Shown here: piece after piece, positions 49,766 through 59,601 of the stretch
Layout: each line of letters begins with the position of its first letter
Position numbering within the stretch: the stretch's first letter is position 1
Assembly (NCBI GenBank): GCA_964461835.1
Contig: CAYWVO010000002.1
Span: forward strand, 23,600-87,599
Source of the DNA: an uncultured Ignavibacteria bacterium
Lineage (GTDB): Bacteria; Zixibacteria; MSB-5A5; WJJR01; JAJRUJ01
Direction: 5' to 3'
Length of the DNA: 64,000 nucleotides
Made by a program: the position numbers and the translations under genes
The notes under the pieces: generated by a model
Seen by the model: only the letters and a program-made list of their open reading frames with translations
Databases searched by the model: none
Told to the model about the DNA's origin: nothing

Positions 49766-51136
49766 TTACCGGTTCTGGAGCGGGTCAGGAATCCGTCGAT
49801 AAATAATCAAACCAAGAGCCATAATCCCGGCCATGACCAAGACGGCCAAGCGGTACTGTATTGATTCGCGCAATAGGGCGGAATCACCCAATCCCACTGA
49901 ATCCGCCCAGTCGCGCAGCGTTTCACCGGCTCCGGTGTCGACGGCGAAGACTGCAATGATCCCACCCCAGATCAGGGGGCCGATGATGGCGGCTGCCCGT
50001 CCGGAAAGGGCATACAGGCCGAAAAATTGGCCGATGACGTCGGACGGTACCAAACCAATCAGCAAGGCACGCGAGGAGGTCCACACCGCACCCAGGAAAA
50101 TCCCGATAAACGAGCCGAGGATCCAGAAAACTGTGGCATTGGTGGTAAAAGCGGCGATACACAGCGTCCCAATCCAGCCCCAGACCGCCAGACGTAACGC
50201 GCGTTTCGGCCGCAGCCAATCGGTCAGCCAGCCCCAAAAGAGCGAACCGGCGATTGCCGAAACCGTTGAGATCATAAACAGGACAATCTTGTCCTGGTCC
50301 GGAAATCCCATCGCTTTTTCCGTGTAGATGGCCATGAAAACAATAACGGTGGCGATGGCATCCTCAAAAAAATAGTCAGCAATCAGGAAACGCAGCACGC
50401 CCGGATATTTCTTGGTGGCGCGGAGACCCCCCACGAGCCGGTCGAACGATTTGCGCAATAATCCTCGTCCCGTGTGTCCGTGAGCACCCGCGGAATACTC
50501 ACGCACCCAGATAAACGTCGGCAGCGCAAACAGAAAAAAGAGAATCGCAGTGGGAATAAACGCTCCGGACCGACCCCAGCCGGGGAGGCCGGCAATGTCG
50601 AGGCCAAAAACACTCCCCTCGACAAAGGGGAAGACCGTCACCAATCCGACAATTGCTCCCAGGTAACCGAGGGCGACACCCCAGCCGGACACCGCCCCGA
50701 GGGTGCGCGGGGTGGCGACACCTGGCAGCAGCGCATTGTAAAAAACAATAGCGCCTTCGTACGAAACATTGGCAATCACAAATAAGACCATGCAAATAAT
50801 AAACAGCGGCGAACTGAGGTCCAGGACTCCCACCAGAATGCCGATGGCGAGCATACAGCCAATACAACTGAGACTGAGAATAATAAGAAACCGCTTGCGA
50901 TTACCCAGCAAATCCGACACGGCGCCCAGAATCGGCATGGTCAGCGCCGTTATTCCCATCGAAATTGAATAGGGAATCGCGTACCATAAATCCCCCTGGC
51001 CCTGGTCAATCACCACCCACTGTGCGAAATACATGGTGATAATGTTCATGGAGAAAATGGTGTTGGCAAAGTCGTACAGCAGCCATGACCAAATCTCGCG
51101 GCGGTTGGGTGCGTTGGCGAAGGGAATCAGCGACAT
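49766..51136 (-). CDS. MFS transporter
   Basis: 456 aa, about 12 TM helices, with MFS-like loops (LYDFANT, D.LG.RK). Confidence 0.8.
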   Translation of the reverse strand: MSLIPFANAPNRREIWSWLLYDFANTIFSMNIITMYFAQWVVIDQGQGDLWYAIPYSISMGITALTMPILGAVSDLLGNRKRFLIILSLSCIGCMLAIGILVGVLDLSSPLFIICMVLFVIANVSYEGAIVFYNALLPGVATPRTLGAVSGWGVALGYLGAIVGLVTVFPFVEGSVFGLDIAGLPGWGRSGAFIPTAILFFLFALPTFIWVREYSAGAHGHTGRGLLRKSFDRLVGGLRATKKYPGVLRFLIADYFFEDAIATVIVFMAIYTEKAMGFPDQDKIVLFMISTVSAIAGSLFWGWLTDWLRPKRALRLAVWGWIGTLCIAAFTTNATVFWILGSFIGIFLGAVWTSSRALLIGLVPSDVIGQFFGLYALSGRAAAIIGPLIWGGIIAVFAVDTGAGETLRDWADSVGLGDSALLRESIQYRLAVLVMAGIMALGLIIYRRIPDPLQNR

Positions 51137-51166
51137 GGATAGTATCAGATATTTCCGTTACGCGGC

Positions 51167-53179
51167 TCAGTTCCACAGACGCAGGTGCAATCCCCACATG
51201 ACCGTTTGTCCTACATAATTAAAGCCGGGAGACTTGCGATACCCGTAATTGAAAAAGTTCTGCGACAGCCAATACAACGTGAGACCGCGGATAGTTGCGG
51301 ACCCAATCAGGTCGGTGCGATATACCTCCCGGCGGTTATAGAATGTATAATCTTTACTTGGCATTCGCCAGGCCATGAATTCGGCCGCACCGTGTAATTG
51401 CAGGTTGAGTTGTGGGATATGAATTGTCAACTGTGATTGCGCGACGAGCTGATGATCGATATAATCCGGCAAGCGTCGGCCGGACAATGTCTCGGCCCGT
51501 TTGTATCCGTACATGATCCGTGTGGTCAGCCACGTTGGCCAGTGCACCGCGGATTGAAGTTCGAAACCCACGGTGCGCGCATCTTGCGCTACCGGCTGAT
51601 AGGCTAGTGCCGTGTCGAGGGCGTTGGCATCCCGCCAATAATAATATGCTTCTTCATAACCGGCCCAGGTACTGCCACTCAGATGAAAGGCATCGCTGAG
51701 TTGATATGTTCCGGCAAGACGGAGTTGGTTCGACCACCAACTGGACAGGCCGGACGATCCGCGTTCCATGTACGTGAGTGTTTCATCGTCGTCATTCAAG
51801 AACGTTGCAGTCATCAACGGCCAGTCACGGTCGACCAATGCCGGTATGCGGCGTTCACGAATTGCGCTGAGAGAGATTTCGGTGGCAGTGGATAGTTCCA
51901 TTCGCAGTGTCGCACTGATCCCGGGAGCCGGGGCATCGTCGGTGGTGCCCGTCACCTGCGTGCGAACAATCGCGCTTATGCCGGGGGTCATTGCCTGATA
52001 ATAGCGAGATGTTAACCGATATGAGAGACGGCTGGGCTCAATACTGTGAATGGCAAAACGCTGGAGTTCACCGCCGGCCGAAACCGACCAAAGACGCTGA
52101 TGAGCCGTATCGATGACGTACATGGCGTCCAACGACGTGTGTGAAACCTTAGTCACGTATGAATGCAATTGACTCGGTGAACTTTTGAGGTGGAATTTCT
52201 CCGCGTTATGTGAGAGTCGAACATTCCAGCGAGTGGACACCGTGTCATCCGGCTCGATGTTCAACACGGTGCGCCAGGAGAGATCATCGCGGGTGAATCG
52301 GTACAACCAGAAATCAGAGGCGGTCTGGATATCAGACAGTGAACGATATTGGTAAAATGATCCGGAAGCACGCAAGCCAAAGGGCAGCGGCGAGTACAAC
52401 GCACTATACAAATAACGGTTGTTTCCGGCATCATTAATCCCCACACCGTCCGATTGGGCAAAGGAAAAGCCCAGGTTTACCAGGCGGCCTTCGGGGAGAG
52501 GGCGCAGGAGGCGGCCCTGCGTGAGATTAATACCATGCGTGCCCTGCCGAACCAGAAAGTCCGAATAGGCCACCGACGGCACTGAGTCAATCGTGTTTGC
52601 GGCAATAACATTGCCGCGGGGATCTCCCACGCCGCTAGGTCCTCCGACGAACGACGTGAACATGAAGGGGGGAATCATCATCGCATCGGCGGCCATGACC
52701 TGGGGAAATGTCGGTCGCCGAAGGGAGAGTGGCCCGTTGCCCAAGGTCATCGACGGCGGCACGCCCTGGAATCCACGCCGGAACAAACGCCGACTGGTGG
52801 CAAACTCAGTTAAGGCATACGCATCGATCATGGAATTGAATACCAGATGGTCAGAAAATGCGAGGTGTGGCAGGGCAATCATCTCAGAAAACGAATGATG
52901 TCGAGTGGTCGGGACTGTATCCCAGGGAGAAGGTACGATGACCCATGGCCGGGCGGGCGTTGTGGTATCGGCAGTCGTATCACCGAGTTCCTCTTTCATT
53001 TGTTCGAGGTACTGCTGGTAAATATCGTCGGCAGTCACCGAATCGGAACGGACAGTACTGGTAGTGTCGATCAGTGAATCTTGAGGCTCGACAGGTGTGT
53101 CCTGAGCGCCGGTGGACAGCGGTAGAATCGCAAGCGTCAGGATACTCAAGAGTAATCCTGCTCGACAGGAGCGATTCAT
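51167..53179 (-). CDS. hypothetical outer-membrane (beta-barrel-like) protein
   Basis: Signal peptide LLLSILTLAILPLSTGAQD. Long beta-rich sequence with alternating hydrophobic and aromatic residues and a C-terminal aromatic-rich end (GLHLRLWN). Sits at the downstream end of a three-gene minus-strand string that begins with the T9SS cargo gene. Confidence 0.4.
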   Translation of the reverse strand: MNRSCRAGLLLSILTLAILPLSTGAQDTPVEPQDSLIDTTSTVRSDSVTADDIYQQYLEQMKEELGDTTADTTTPARPWVIVPSPWDTVPTTRHHSFSEMIALPHLAFSDHLVFNSMIDAYALTEFATSRRLFRRGFQGVPPSMTLGNGPLSLRRPTFPQVMAADAMMIPPFMFTSFVGGPSGVGDPRGNVIAANTIDSVPSVAYSDFLVRQGTHGINLTQGRLLRPLPEGRLVNLGFSFAQSDGVGINDAGNNRYLYSALYSPLPFGLRASGSFYQYRSLSDIQTASDFWLYRFTRDDLSWRTVLNIEPDDTVSTRWNVRLSHNAEKFHLKSSPSQLHSYVTKVSHTSLDAMYVIDTAHQRLWSVSAGGELQRFAIHSIEPSRLSYRLTSRYYQAMTPGISAIVRTQVTGTTDDAPAPGISATLRMELSTATEISLSAIRERRIPALVDRDWPLMTATFLNDDDETLTYMERGSSGLSSWWSNQLRLAGTYQLSDAFHLSGSTWAGYEEAYYYWRDANALDTALAYQPVAQDARTVGFELQSAVHWPTWLTTRIMYGYKRAETLSGRRLPDYIDHQLVAQSQLTIHIPQLNLQLHGAAEFMAWRMPSKDYTFYNRREVYRTDLIGSATIRGLTLYWLSQNFFNYGYRKSPGFNYVGQTVMWGLHLRLWN

Positions 53180-53712
53180 GAGACCGGTTGCCTCCTCTGC
53201 GGCGCCGGGACAATTTTACACAACGCCGGAAATACAACCGCAAATAAGAGGCAATTGGAGACGATGTGCAACGCCGAAAAGGGGATGCCCGCAATCAGCC
53301 ACGCCCAGAGGCTGCCCAGGGTGGCGACCATGGCCAGGTTGGTTGCCAGATCATAGAACAAAGTGATAACGCCTCCCAATATCGCCAGCCCAATTCGATT
53401 GGGTTTCGTCAACCAATCCCAGGGATTCCATGAGGCCAGAATTCCGCCGATCAATCCGGCCAACCCCATCCCCAGGACCTGCGCCAGGAGGACCGGGGGA
53501 ATAGCGGGGCCGAACGGATTAAGCGTCGAATACAAAAATTCCGCCGCTGCGCCGATGGTCAATCCCCAACCGGGGCCGAAGCGAAAGCCAATGAAAAAGT
53601 ACGTGAGGAGAAACGGCTCAACATTGGGGATTCCTAACAAGGGGAGTTTGATTACAAAGGCGGCGGCTACCAGGCCGCCGATATGCGCTAGTTCTCGAGC
53701 AGTGAGGTTCAC
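53176..53712 (-). CDS. small polytopic membrane protein (ECF-S-component-like)
   Basis: About 5-6 TM helices, Gly/Ala-rich. Start probably the GTG after the upstream stop; the ORF-track start overlaps the protease gene by 61 nt. Coordinates may be off by 1 nt. Confidence 0.35.
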   Translation of the reverse strand: MNLTARELAHIGGLVAAAFVIKLPLLGIPNVEPFLLTYFFIGFRFGPGWGLTIGAAAEFLYSTLNPFGPAIPPVLLAQVLGMGLAGLIGGILASWNPWDWLTKPNRIGLAILGGVITLFYDLATNLAMVATLGSLWAWLIAGIPFSALHIVSNCLLFAVVFPALCKIVPAPQRRQPVS

Positions 53713-55604
53713 GGACGGAACACGGCGATAGTTTGCCGGGAGACGTCGTCGCCCAACCGCACCAGGCAAATATAAATTCCGGAGGCCACAGCTTCGCCGG
53801 AGCGATTACGGCCATCCCACTGAAAATCCCGGTGGGGGGGACCGCTGCCCTGTTCATAGTAATATGGTGTCGTGCCGCCGACATCCCGTTCGGTTCGGCC
53901 GCCACGCACCAACTCGCCGGCAGCGGTATAAATCGTCACTTCCGTTTCTTCCTTGGATTCCCGATAGACAGGAACGGTTAACAGCGCATCGTCGCCTACC
54001 GTAAACGGATTTGGATACGCCGGCTTGACCTCATCACCCGCAATTGATTGAAGCGTATCGCTGACTTCAAATGAAAATTTTTGCTGTGGCAGGTTGCGGT
54101 ACAAGACATAATCGCGGTCATAGGGCATCGCCATCACCATGATATTCTCATACGTCTGCCACTTCGGCACTACGAGCGGTTCGGTAATGCTGCGAGTAGA
54201 GAAGATATCCGGTTCACCTAACTGCGTCATCCCGGCTGCCACAATCGCCCATATATCAAGGTCTTCATGCGTCAGCCTGAACTTGAAGTCGATGGTGGAA
54301 TCTGCTTCCGGAGTAACGAAACTAATGTAGGTCGCCCCCAGATAATACGGGGCGAGTCGGCTGCTGGTGCCGGCAGAGAAAAGGGGCACCGAATCTTCCA
54401 CGGGGTAGGATGTATACTCGAACAGATACTTTGTATCATCAATCGTCGGATAATACAAGCCTTCCTCGAAGGAGAAAGTCCGGTATCGATCACCGGAGTA
54501 ATAGCACCAAAGCCGAAAGCGTCCCAGCTCTTCATATAACGAGGCACCTCGTTCCTGAAGCTCATCAGCCAGGACCGGGACCACGTTTAAGAGGCGGTGT
54601 TTCGCGCACTCGACCCACACCTCGCGAATAATATCATTGCCGAACCGTTCGCTGAGATAGCGAGGCCAGACACAGGCACCGTATTCATAATTCGTGCGCT
54701 GGAAGACGGTATTGTCCGTAGTGAGGGCCCAAGCCGGATTGTTGAAGAAACCGGGAAGGTAGTTGTAGTAGTCGTTGACCTCACCGTAGACAATATCTTC
54801 CATCCAGGTCGCGGTCATCTCATGCCACCAGATATCGTTATCCTGGCCGGTTTCGAGATCTTCCTCCGTAGCGAAATATTCGGAGACATCCATACCCACC
54901 TGAATCACATGAAAAAACTCGTGCGCCACCGTGACCGATAGAATCATTTCCCATTCTTCGGGGCTGTATAACGGTTCGTAATCGCGATAATCATTGTCGA
55001 TTTCCATGTAGGCGGTCGCTCGCGGTGGAGACGTGCCAAATGAATACTCCGGCGTGGTGAGTCCATAGTATATCCGACCAAGGTTGCGGACAAAAATGTC
55101 GACGGCATCCGTTTCGCCTCCGTAAGGTGCATCCGATGGTGGCGCCGGATATCCCATCTCCTCGATTTCTTTCTGCCAGACTTCCTCGAAAATTTCCCCG
55201 ACACGGATGACGTAATAGGGAATCCGCTCCGGACCTTCCGACCAGCCTTTGGAAAGATCGACTGAGTGGGAACCGGAGGTATCGTAATGAATGCGGAAAT
55301 GTCCCTCCGGAGTATCGTAGTGGAATTCCCGTTCCGGTCGTTCAAGTACATATTCGGCCAGCAAGTCCTGGGCGCTTTTGGATAACTTTGACCAGTTGTT
55401 TTTTGCCTCCAGTATTACGCCGAATGCGCACTTGCCGGAACCCGGCGCCGCCTCCGCAGCAGCGAGATCACTGGTCGGTTGGTAAATACTGAGTACATCG
55501 CGAATAATTTGTTGTTCGCGTTCGACACTCAAACCCTCCGCCAGGGCGATATTGCCAATAACCAGTACCGCCACCACCGCCACTACCCACTGTGCTTTCT
55601 GCAT
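53709..55604 (-). CDS. secreted HExxH zinc metalloprotease-like protein with T9SS C-terminal sorting domain
   Basis: Signal peptide; HEFFHVIQ zinc-binding motif. The C-terminal ~90 aa match the Por_Secre_tail pattern (YPNPF...V.IYTAAGELV...WDGRN.SGEAVASGIY...L..G...T.IAV). Confidence 0.6.
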   Translation of the reverse strand: MQKAQWVVAVVAVLVIGNIALAEGLSVEREQQIIRDVLSIYQPTSDLAAAEAAPGSGKCAFGVILEAKNNWSKLSKSAQDLLAEYVLERPEREFHYDTPEGHFRIHYDTSGSHSVDLSKGWSEGPERIPYYVIRVGEIFEEVWQKEIEEMGYPAPPSDAPYGGETDAVDIFVRNLGRIYYGLTTPEYSFGTSPPRATAYMEIDNDYRDYEPLYSPEEWEMILSVTVAHEFFHVIQVGMDVSEYFATEEDLETGQDNDIWWHEMTATWMEDIVYGEVNDYYNYLPGFFNNPAWALTTDNTVFQRTNYEYGACVWPRYLSERFGNDIIREVWVECAKHRLLNVVPVLADELQERGASLYEELGRFRLWCYYSGDRYRTFSFEEGLYYPTIDDTKYLFEYTSYPVEDSVPLFSAGTSSRLAPYYLGATYISFVTPEADSTIDFKFRLTHEDLDIWAIVAAGMTQLGEPDIFSTRSITEPLVVPKWQTYENIMVMAMPYDRDYVLYRNLPQQKFSFEVSDTLQSIAGDEVKPAYPNPFTVGDDALLTVPVYRESKEETEVTIYTAAGELVRGGRTERDVGGTTPYYYEQGSGPPHRDFQWDGRNRSGEAVASGIYICLVRLGDDVSRQTIAVFRP

Positions 55605-55640
55605 GCGATCTCTCCGTTACTGCGATCCTGCCGGACCGAA

Positions 55641-57173
55641 CTAAATCTTGCTATTCACTGCTTCTACGCACTCTTGTAGTACACTATCGGCGTGCGCCTC
55701 AAGTTCCCCGATTTTATGCTCCATATCCGCGACAAACGTGTGATCATCGAGCCCACCGAGGTTGATTTTCACATTCCACCCGGCCGAATACACCGCTGAA
55801 TGCGCCATACGCGCACCAACGCCGCCGTCCGTAACCGAGTTAACGTTCCCCATTTCAATAACTTGCTTCGCCAGATCCAAAACCGTGCTCGCTTTTCCGG
55901 CAACTTCCAGTGGCGTCGTACAGGCTACTTTGGTTGCTTTCGTAATTGCTTCCGCACGAGCGGCTTTTTCCTCGTCAGTGTCCTTGGGCAGCTTGCGGGC
56001 GGCCATAATGGCATTAAAGGCGTCGGCGTCTTTTTGAATCAATATGCTCAGTTCCGCACGCAACTCATCGGCGTGCCGAATTATCTCCTCCATCTTTTCT
56101 TTCACGTCCGCATACTTTTTCTTCCCGATTGTCAGCCGCCCAACCATGGCCACCAAGCCCGCGGCGAGCATGCCGGATGCCGCGGCGACGGAGCCGCCGC
56201 CGGGTGCCGGGGACTTGGAGGCCACTTCATCGACGAATCCTGCCCAGCCGCGTTCCGTGGACTGCTGTTTAAGTTTTTGCGCAAGTTTTTCCTCGAGAAT
56301 CTGATCTTTGGAGAAGTTCTCCAGCTGCAGGTAATGTACGGCACAATCGACCAGCGATTTCTGTGGCGTTAACCCGACGATTTCCGAGGATGTTACCTGC
56401 ACCCCCCATCGTTCCGCCTCGGATTTGATCATATTAAATACGCGAAAGATGGGTGTTTTGGTGTAGTTTACCAGGTTCATCGAGACCTGGGCTTGATTCC
56501 GGTCTTTGATATCAAACCCCATGGCCTTGACGTAGCGCAGGCCACCACCACCGAAGCGAATTGCTTTGGCAATTTTCTTGGCAATCGATACGCGCGGCGT
56601 GCTCAGATAGGCATTATATGCGACTAGCGGAAATCGTACTCCGACCGCGGTGGCACCGGCTTTGAGGTTCATCTTGGCCGGGCCGAAGTCCGGCGTGCGG
56701 TCGGGATTCGTCTCGATCTCGTCCCGAATGCCCTCATATTGCCCGCGACGCACATCCGCCAAGTTTTCGCGGTCCGGCCGGGTGGCCGCCAATTCATAGA
56801 GGTATATGGGGATGTGCAGTTCTTCGGCAGCCCGGCGTCCCAGCTCCTTGGCCAGCGAAATACATTCGGCGTTGGAAATATCGGCGATCGGAATAAACGG
56901 GACCACGTCAGTTGCTCCCATTCGGGGATGTTCGCCGACGTGGGTTTGCATATCAACTAACTCGGCGGCTTTGCTCATCGAACGAAAAACGCCTTCGGCC
57001 ACTGCTTCCGGTTCTCCCACGTAGGTCACGACCGCGCGATTGTGATCGGCGTCCATTTCCTTGTCCAGCAGTACGATACCCTCGACAGTCAGGGCAGCCT
57101 CAATGATTGCGTCGAGGACCTCCGGGCGACGGCCCTCGGAGAAATTCGGTACACATTCGATGATCGCGGGCAT
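55641..57173 (-). CDS. ftcD: glutamate formimidoyltransferase / formimidoyltetrahydrofolate cyclodeaminase
   Basis: N-terminal formiminotransferase domain (ECVPNFSEGR) plus a C-terminal cyclodeaminase domain. Start set at MPAII. Confidence 0.85.
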   Translation of the reverse strand: MPAIIECVPNFSEGRRPEVLDAIIEAALTVEGIVLLDKEMDADHNRAVVTYVGEPEAVAEGVFRSMSKAAELVDMQTHVGEHPRMGATDVVPFIPIADISNAECISLAKELGRRAAEELHIPIYLYELAATRPDRENLADVRRGQYEGIRDEIETNPDRTPDFGPAKMNLKAGATAVGVRFPLVAYNAYLSTPRVSIAKKIAKAIRFGGGGLRYVKAMGFDIKDRNQAQVSMNLVNYTKTPIFRVFNMIKSEAERWGVQVTSSEIVGLTPQKSLVDCAVHYLQLENFSKDQILEEKLAQKLKQQSTERGWAGFVDEVASKSPAPGGGSVAAASGMLAAGLVAMVGRLTIGKKKYADVKEKMEEIIRHADELRAELSILIQKDADAFNAIMAARKLPKDTDEEKAARAEAITKATKVACTTPLEVAGKASTVLDLAKQVIEMGNVNSVTDGGVGARMAHSAVYSAGWNVKINLGGLDDHTFVADMEHKIGELEAHADSVLQECVEAVNSKI

Positions 57174-57426
57174 TGTTACTCCTTTACGAATAAGCCTGTC
57201 TTTGCACAAACTCTATATGATATACTTTGGCGATGATGCTGGCAAGCAGCCCGCAGGAGATTTTGTCCGGACTCGGGGGGCCCTAAGCCATGGGGTCGGG
57301 TTCTTGCCCCGCTACCAGTACCGCTCCGGAACGGTGGGTTAATAAATCGTTTCTTTTCCCCACCAATATCAATGGCCACATTCCTGCGGGGATGTCGGCA
57401 AAAAGCCGAGCATGGCCGCACCGACT

Positions 57427-57450
57427 AAAAACCCCACCATTTTGGTGGGG
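57427..57450 (-). terminator. rho-independent terminator (minus strand) after the secreted-protein gene
   Basis: On the minus strand: ACCCCACCA-aaa-TGGTGGGGT followed by TTTTTAG. A second GC hairpin (GCCCCGC-atc-GCGGGGC) lies at 57463-57479. Confidence 0.55.
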
Positions 57451-57506
57451 TACGCGTTTCGACGCCCCGCGATGCGGGGCATCGGAACGCGACCCACTGC
57501 AAGAGT

Positions 57507-58550
57507 TTACCAGTCAGCCACTAATCGGAGAACTTCAAGGGTGGCAAAGGGAAACCGGGTCGTTTCGTTCCCTGGAGGAACAATAATTTCGACTTCTCTC
57601 CCTTTGCGCAGTCGAATGTGGCGATCATAATCATCAATGTAAATGACATCGGCAGAGTACTGCGAGGCGCCGAGTGGTGCGTCCGCCCCGTGAATTGTCG
57701 TTCGTTCCACGTACAGGTCAGCATCCAAAACTGACTCGTCTTGACTGAAGTCGAGGTTTCTGAGCGCGATTTCAAAATGATGATAGCAGGAATCGCCATC
57801 GGGGAGGTAGACGACCCCCGAGAATTCCGTCTCGCGGCTCAAGTCGTCTCGATTTCGCAAAACGTCACCCTGCCTCTTAATGTGTGGATGGAGCTGGTCG
57901 CGGGCTTCACGGAAATATTTCACGGCTTCCTGATATGAATCTACCGAACTCGCTGACGCATCGGTTGATAGTTCATAGAGTCGATAGGCGGCGTCAAAAC
58001 GAGCCTGGGCGAGGGTTTCACGCGCGCATGCAGGCAGAAGGGTGCGCTCGGCGCAACGATTCAGTTCTATCGTTGCCTGAACCAGATTGCCGTCGGCATC
58101 CTCACCCAAGACAATGTCATGAGGCTGAAAGCGCTTAAGGACAGCAGTCTCTGTTGTGGTGGTAAAGCGCCAATCTTCATCAAAATGGGCAGTTCTGCGG
58201 GCAATCTGCTGCACAATCTCCAATTCGAATCTCTCCTCCTCCAGTGGCGCCGCGTTCACTGCGACACTCATACCAACTCGTGGCGCACGCCGCCCATGAC
58301 GACCGAATGAAAGAATCGGTTTTTCGGAAGGATCGTCGGTATGCCCAACGCGCATGCTGGACCGGCCACTGGCAAAGGTGAGATCAAAGCGTGCCCATTC
58401 GCCCGTGACCACCTCCTGGCTGCCGACCAGGGAAGTTGTTCGGTTATCCACCCGCAAGTCGATTTGCAAACAATCGGCAGCGAAACCCGCAGTTGCTCCG
58501 ACGAATAAAGCGAGTGACCCCACCACCAGAATGAAGCTAATTCGGTTCAT
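57507..58550 (-). CDS. hypothetical secreted protein
   Basis: Signal peptide MNRISFILVVGSLALFVGATAGFA. No recognisable domain. Directly downstream of the ECF sigma/anti-sigma pair. Confidence 0.45.
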   Translation of the reverse strand: MNRISFILVVGSLALFVGATAGFAADCLQIDLRVDNRTTSLVGSQEVVTGEWARFDLTFASGRSSMRVGHTDDPSEKPILSFGRHGRRAPRVGMSVAVNAAPLEEERFELEIVQQIARRTAHFDEDWRFTTTTETAVLKRFQPHDIVLGEDADGNLVQATIELNRCAERTLLPACARETLAQARFDAAYRLYELSTDASASSVDSYQEAVKYFREARDQLHPHIKRQGDVLRNRDDLSRETEFSGVVYLPDGDSCYHHFEIALRNLDFSQDESVLDADLYVERTTIHGADAPLGASQYSADVIYIDDYDRHIRLRKGREVEIIVPPGNETTRFPFATLEVLRLVADW

Positions 58551-58554
58551 ATCC

Positions 58555-59037
58555 TCAACCCCCATTGCGAACATTTGTATCTGATTCGTGGACAGCCGCC
58601 GATTGAATCACGGTGGTGGCCGAGGTGCGGTCATCGGCGGTGAGCACAATCATCGACGGAACCTCTTCCTCGACCCTATCGGTAGTCAGCGGCTTAAACC
58701 CTGCCAGTTGAGCCGAGATAAGACCAAGTTGCAGAACCAGTAAGACGGCCGCGGCCCAGGCCAGGGGACGGGGGACCTGGTACCGTGCCCCTCGGCGTGG
58801 ACGGTCGACAGGAACTGGCCGGTCGGCATTCGCCTGCTCGACCCGCTCGCGCACGGCCACGGGTGCCGGTTCGGTCTCCAGCGAGGACAAAAACGAAACC
58901 GTCTGGCGAACTTCACGGTACCATCGCCGACACAGTGCACACGTTGCCAAGTGGTGGAAGACGGCGGCGGCGTCCTCGTCGGGAAGAGCGGCATCAAGTT
59001 CTGCCGACAGCAGTTCACGAACCTCCGGACATTGCAT
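58555..59037 (-). CDS. zinc-finger anti-sigma factor (ZAS-like)
   Basis: N-terminal CPEVRELLSA...HHLATCALCRR (HxxxCxxC) followed by a TM helix (LAWAAAVLLVLQLGLI). Overlaps the sigma gene stop by 23 nt. Confidence 0.6.
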   Translation of the reverse strand: MQCPEVRELLSAELDAALPDEDAAAVFHHLATCALCRRWYREVRQTVSFLSSLETEPAPVAVRERVEQANADRPVPVDRPRRGARYQVPRPLAWAAAVLLVLQLGLISAQLAGFKPLTTDRVEEEVPSMIVLTADDRTSATTVIQSAAVHESDTNVRNGG

Positions 59038-59515
59038 GGGGCACCTCCTGCCCAAAAAATTGTTGACGTAAATTCTCGCGGGCGCGATAGAGGCGGGATT
59101 TAATACTGGGGATCGAAACATCAAGCAGCTCGGCCAACTCAGCGTAGGAGAATCCCTGGTATTCCCGCAGCAGTAAGAGTTCGCGCTCCTCCGGCGCCAG
59201 GCATTGCAGCGACTGACGCAAACGCAGCAGGTGGTGCTGAGCGGTTGCCGAGGAATCGTGGGTAATCTGATTCGGCAGATCATCCAGTGAGACATGGTGC
59301 TTGCGGTCCCGGATCGTGTTTTTCAGCGTATTACGGGCAATCGCCCACAACCAGGCACGCGTTCGGGACTTATCGCGCAGCGTGGGATAGGCCTTTTGCG
59401 CCTTAATGAGTATGGTTCCAGTCACGTCCTCCGCCTCTTCTTTGTTTCCCAGACACCAGAACAGATAAGTATAGATTTTATCTGCGTAGGCCCGGTATAG
59501 ATCCCAGAATTCCAT
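59015..59515 (-). CDS. ECF-subfamily RNA polymerase sigma-70 factor
   Basis: Sigma70 region 2 (AEDVTGTILIKAQKAY...AWLWAIARN) and region 4 (LLLREYQGFSYAELAELLDVSIPSIKSRLYRAR). Confidence 0.8.
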   Translation of the reverse strand: MEFWDLYRAYADKIYTYLFWCLGNKEEAEDVTGTILIKAQKAYPTLRDKSRTRAWLWAIARNTLKNTIRDRKHHVSLDDLPNQITHDSSATAQHHLLRLRQSLQCLAPEERELLLLREYQGFSYAELAELLDVSIPSIKSRLYRARENLRQQFFGQEVPHAMSGGS

Positions 59516-59601
59516 TTTGCTCTCGCGTCCTCTGTTACTGCAAGACACCGCAATGGGCAAAAAGTTGCAGCCGATTATCGAGGGTAAAAATACGGGGGAT
59601 T

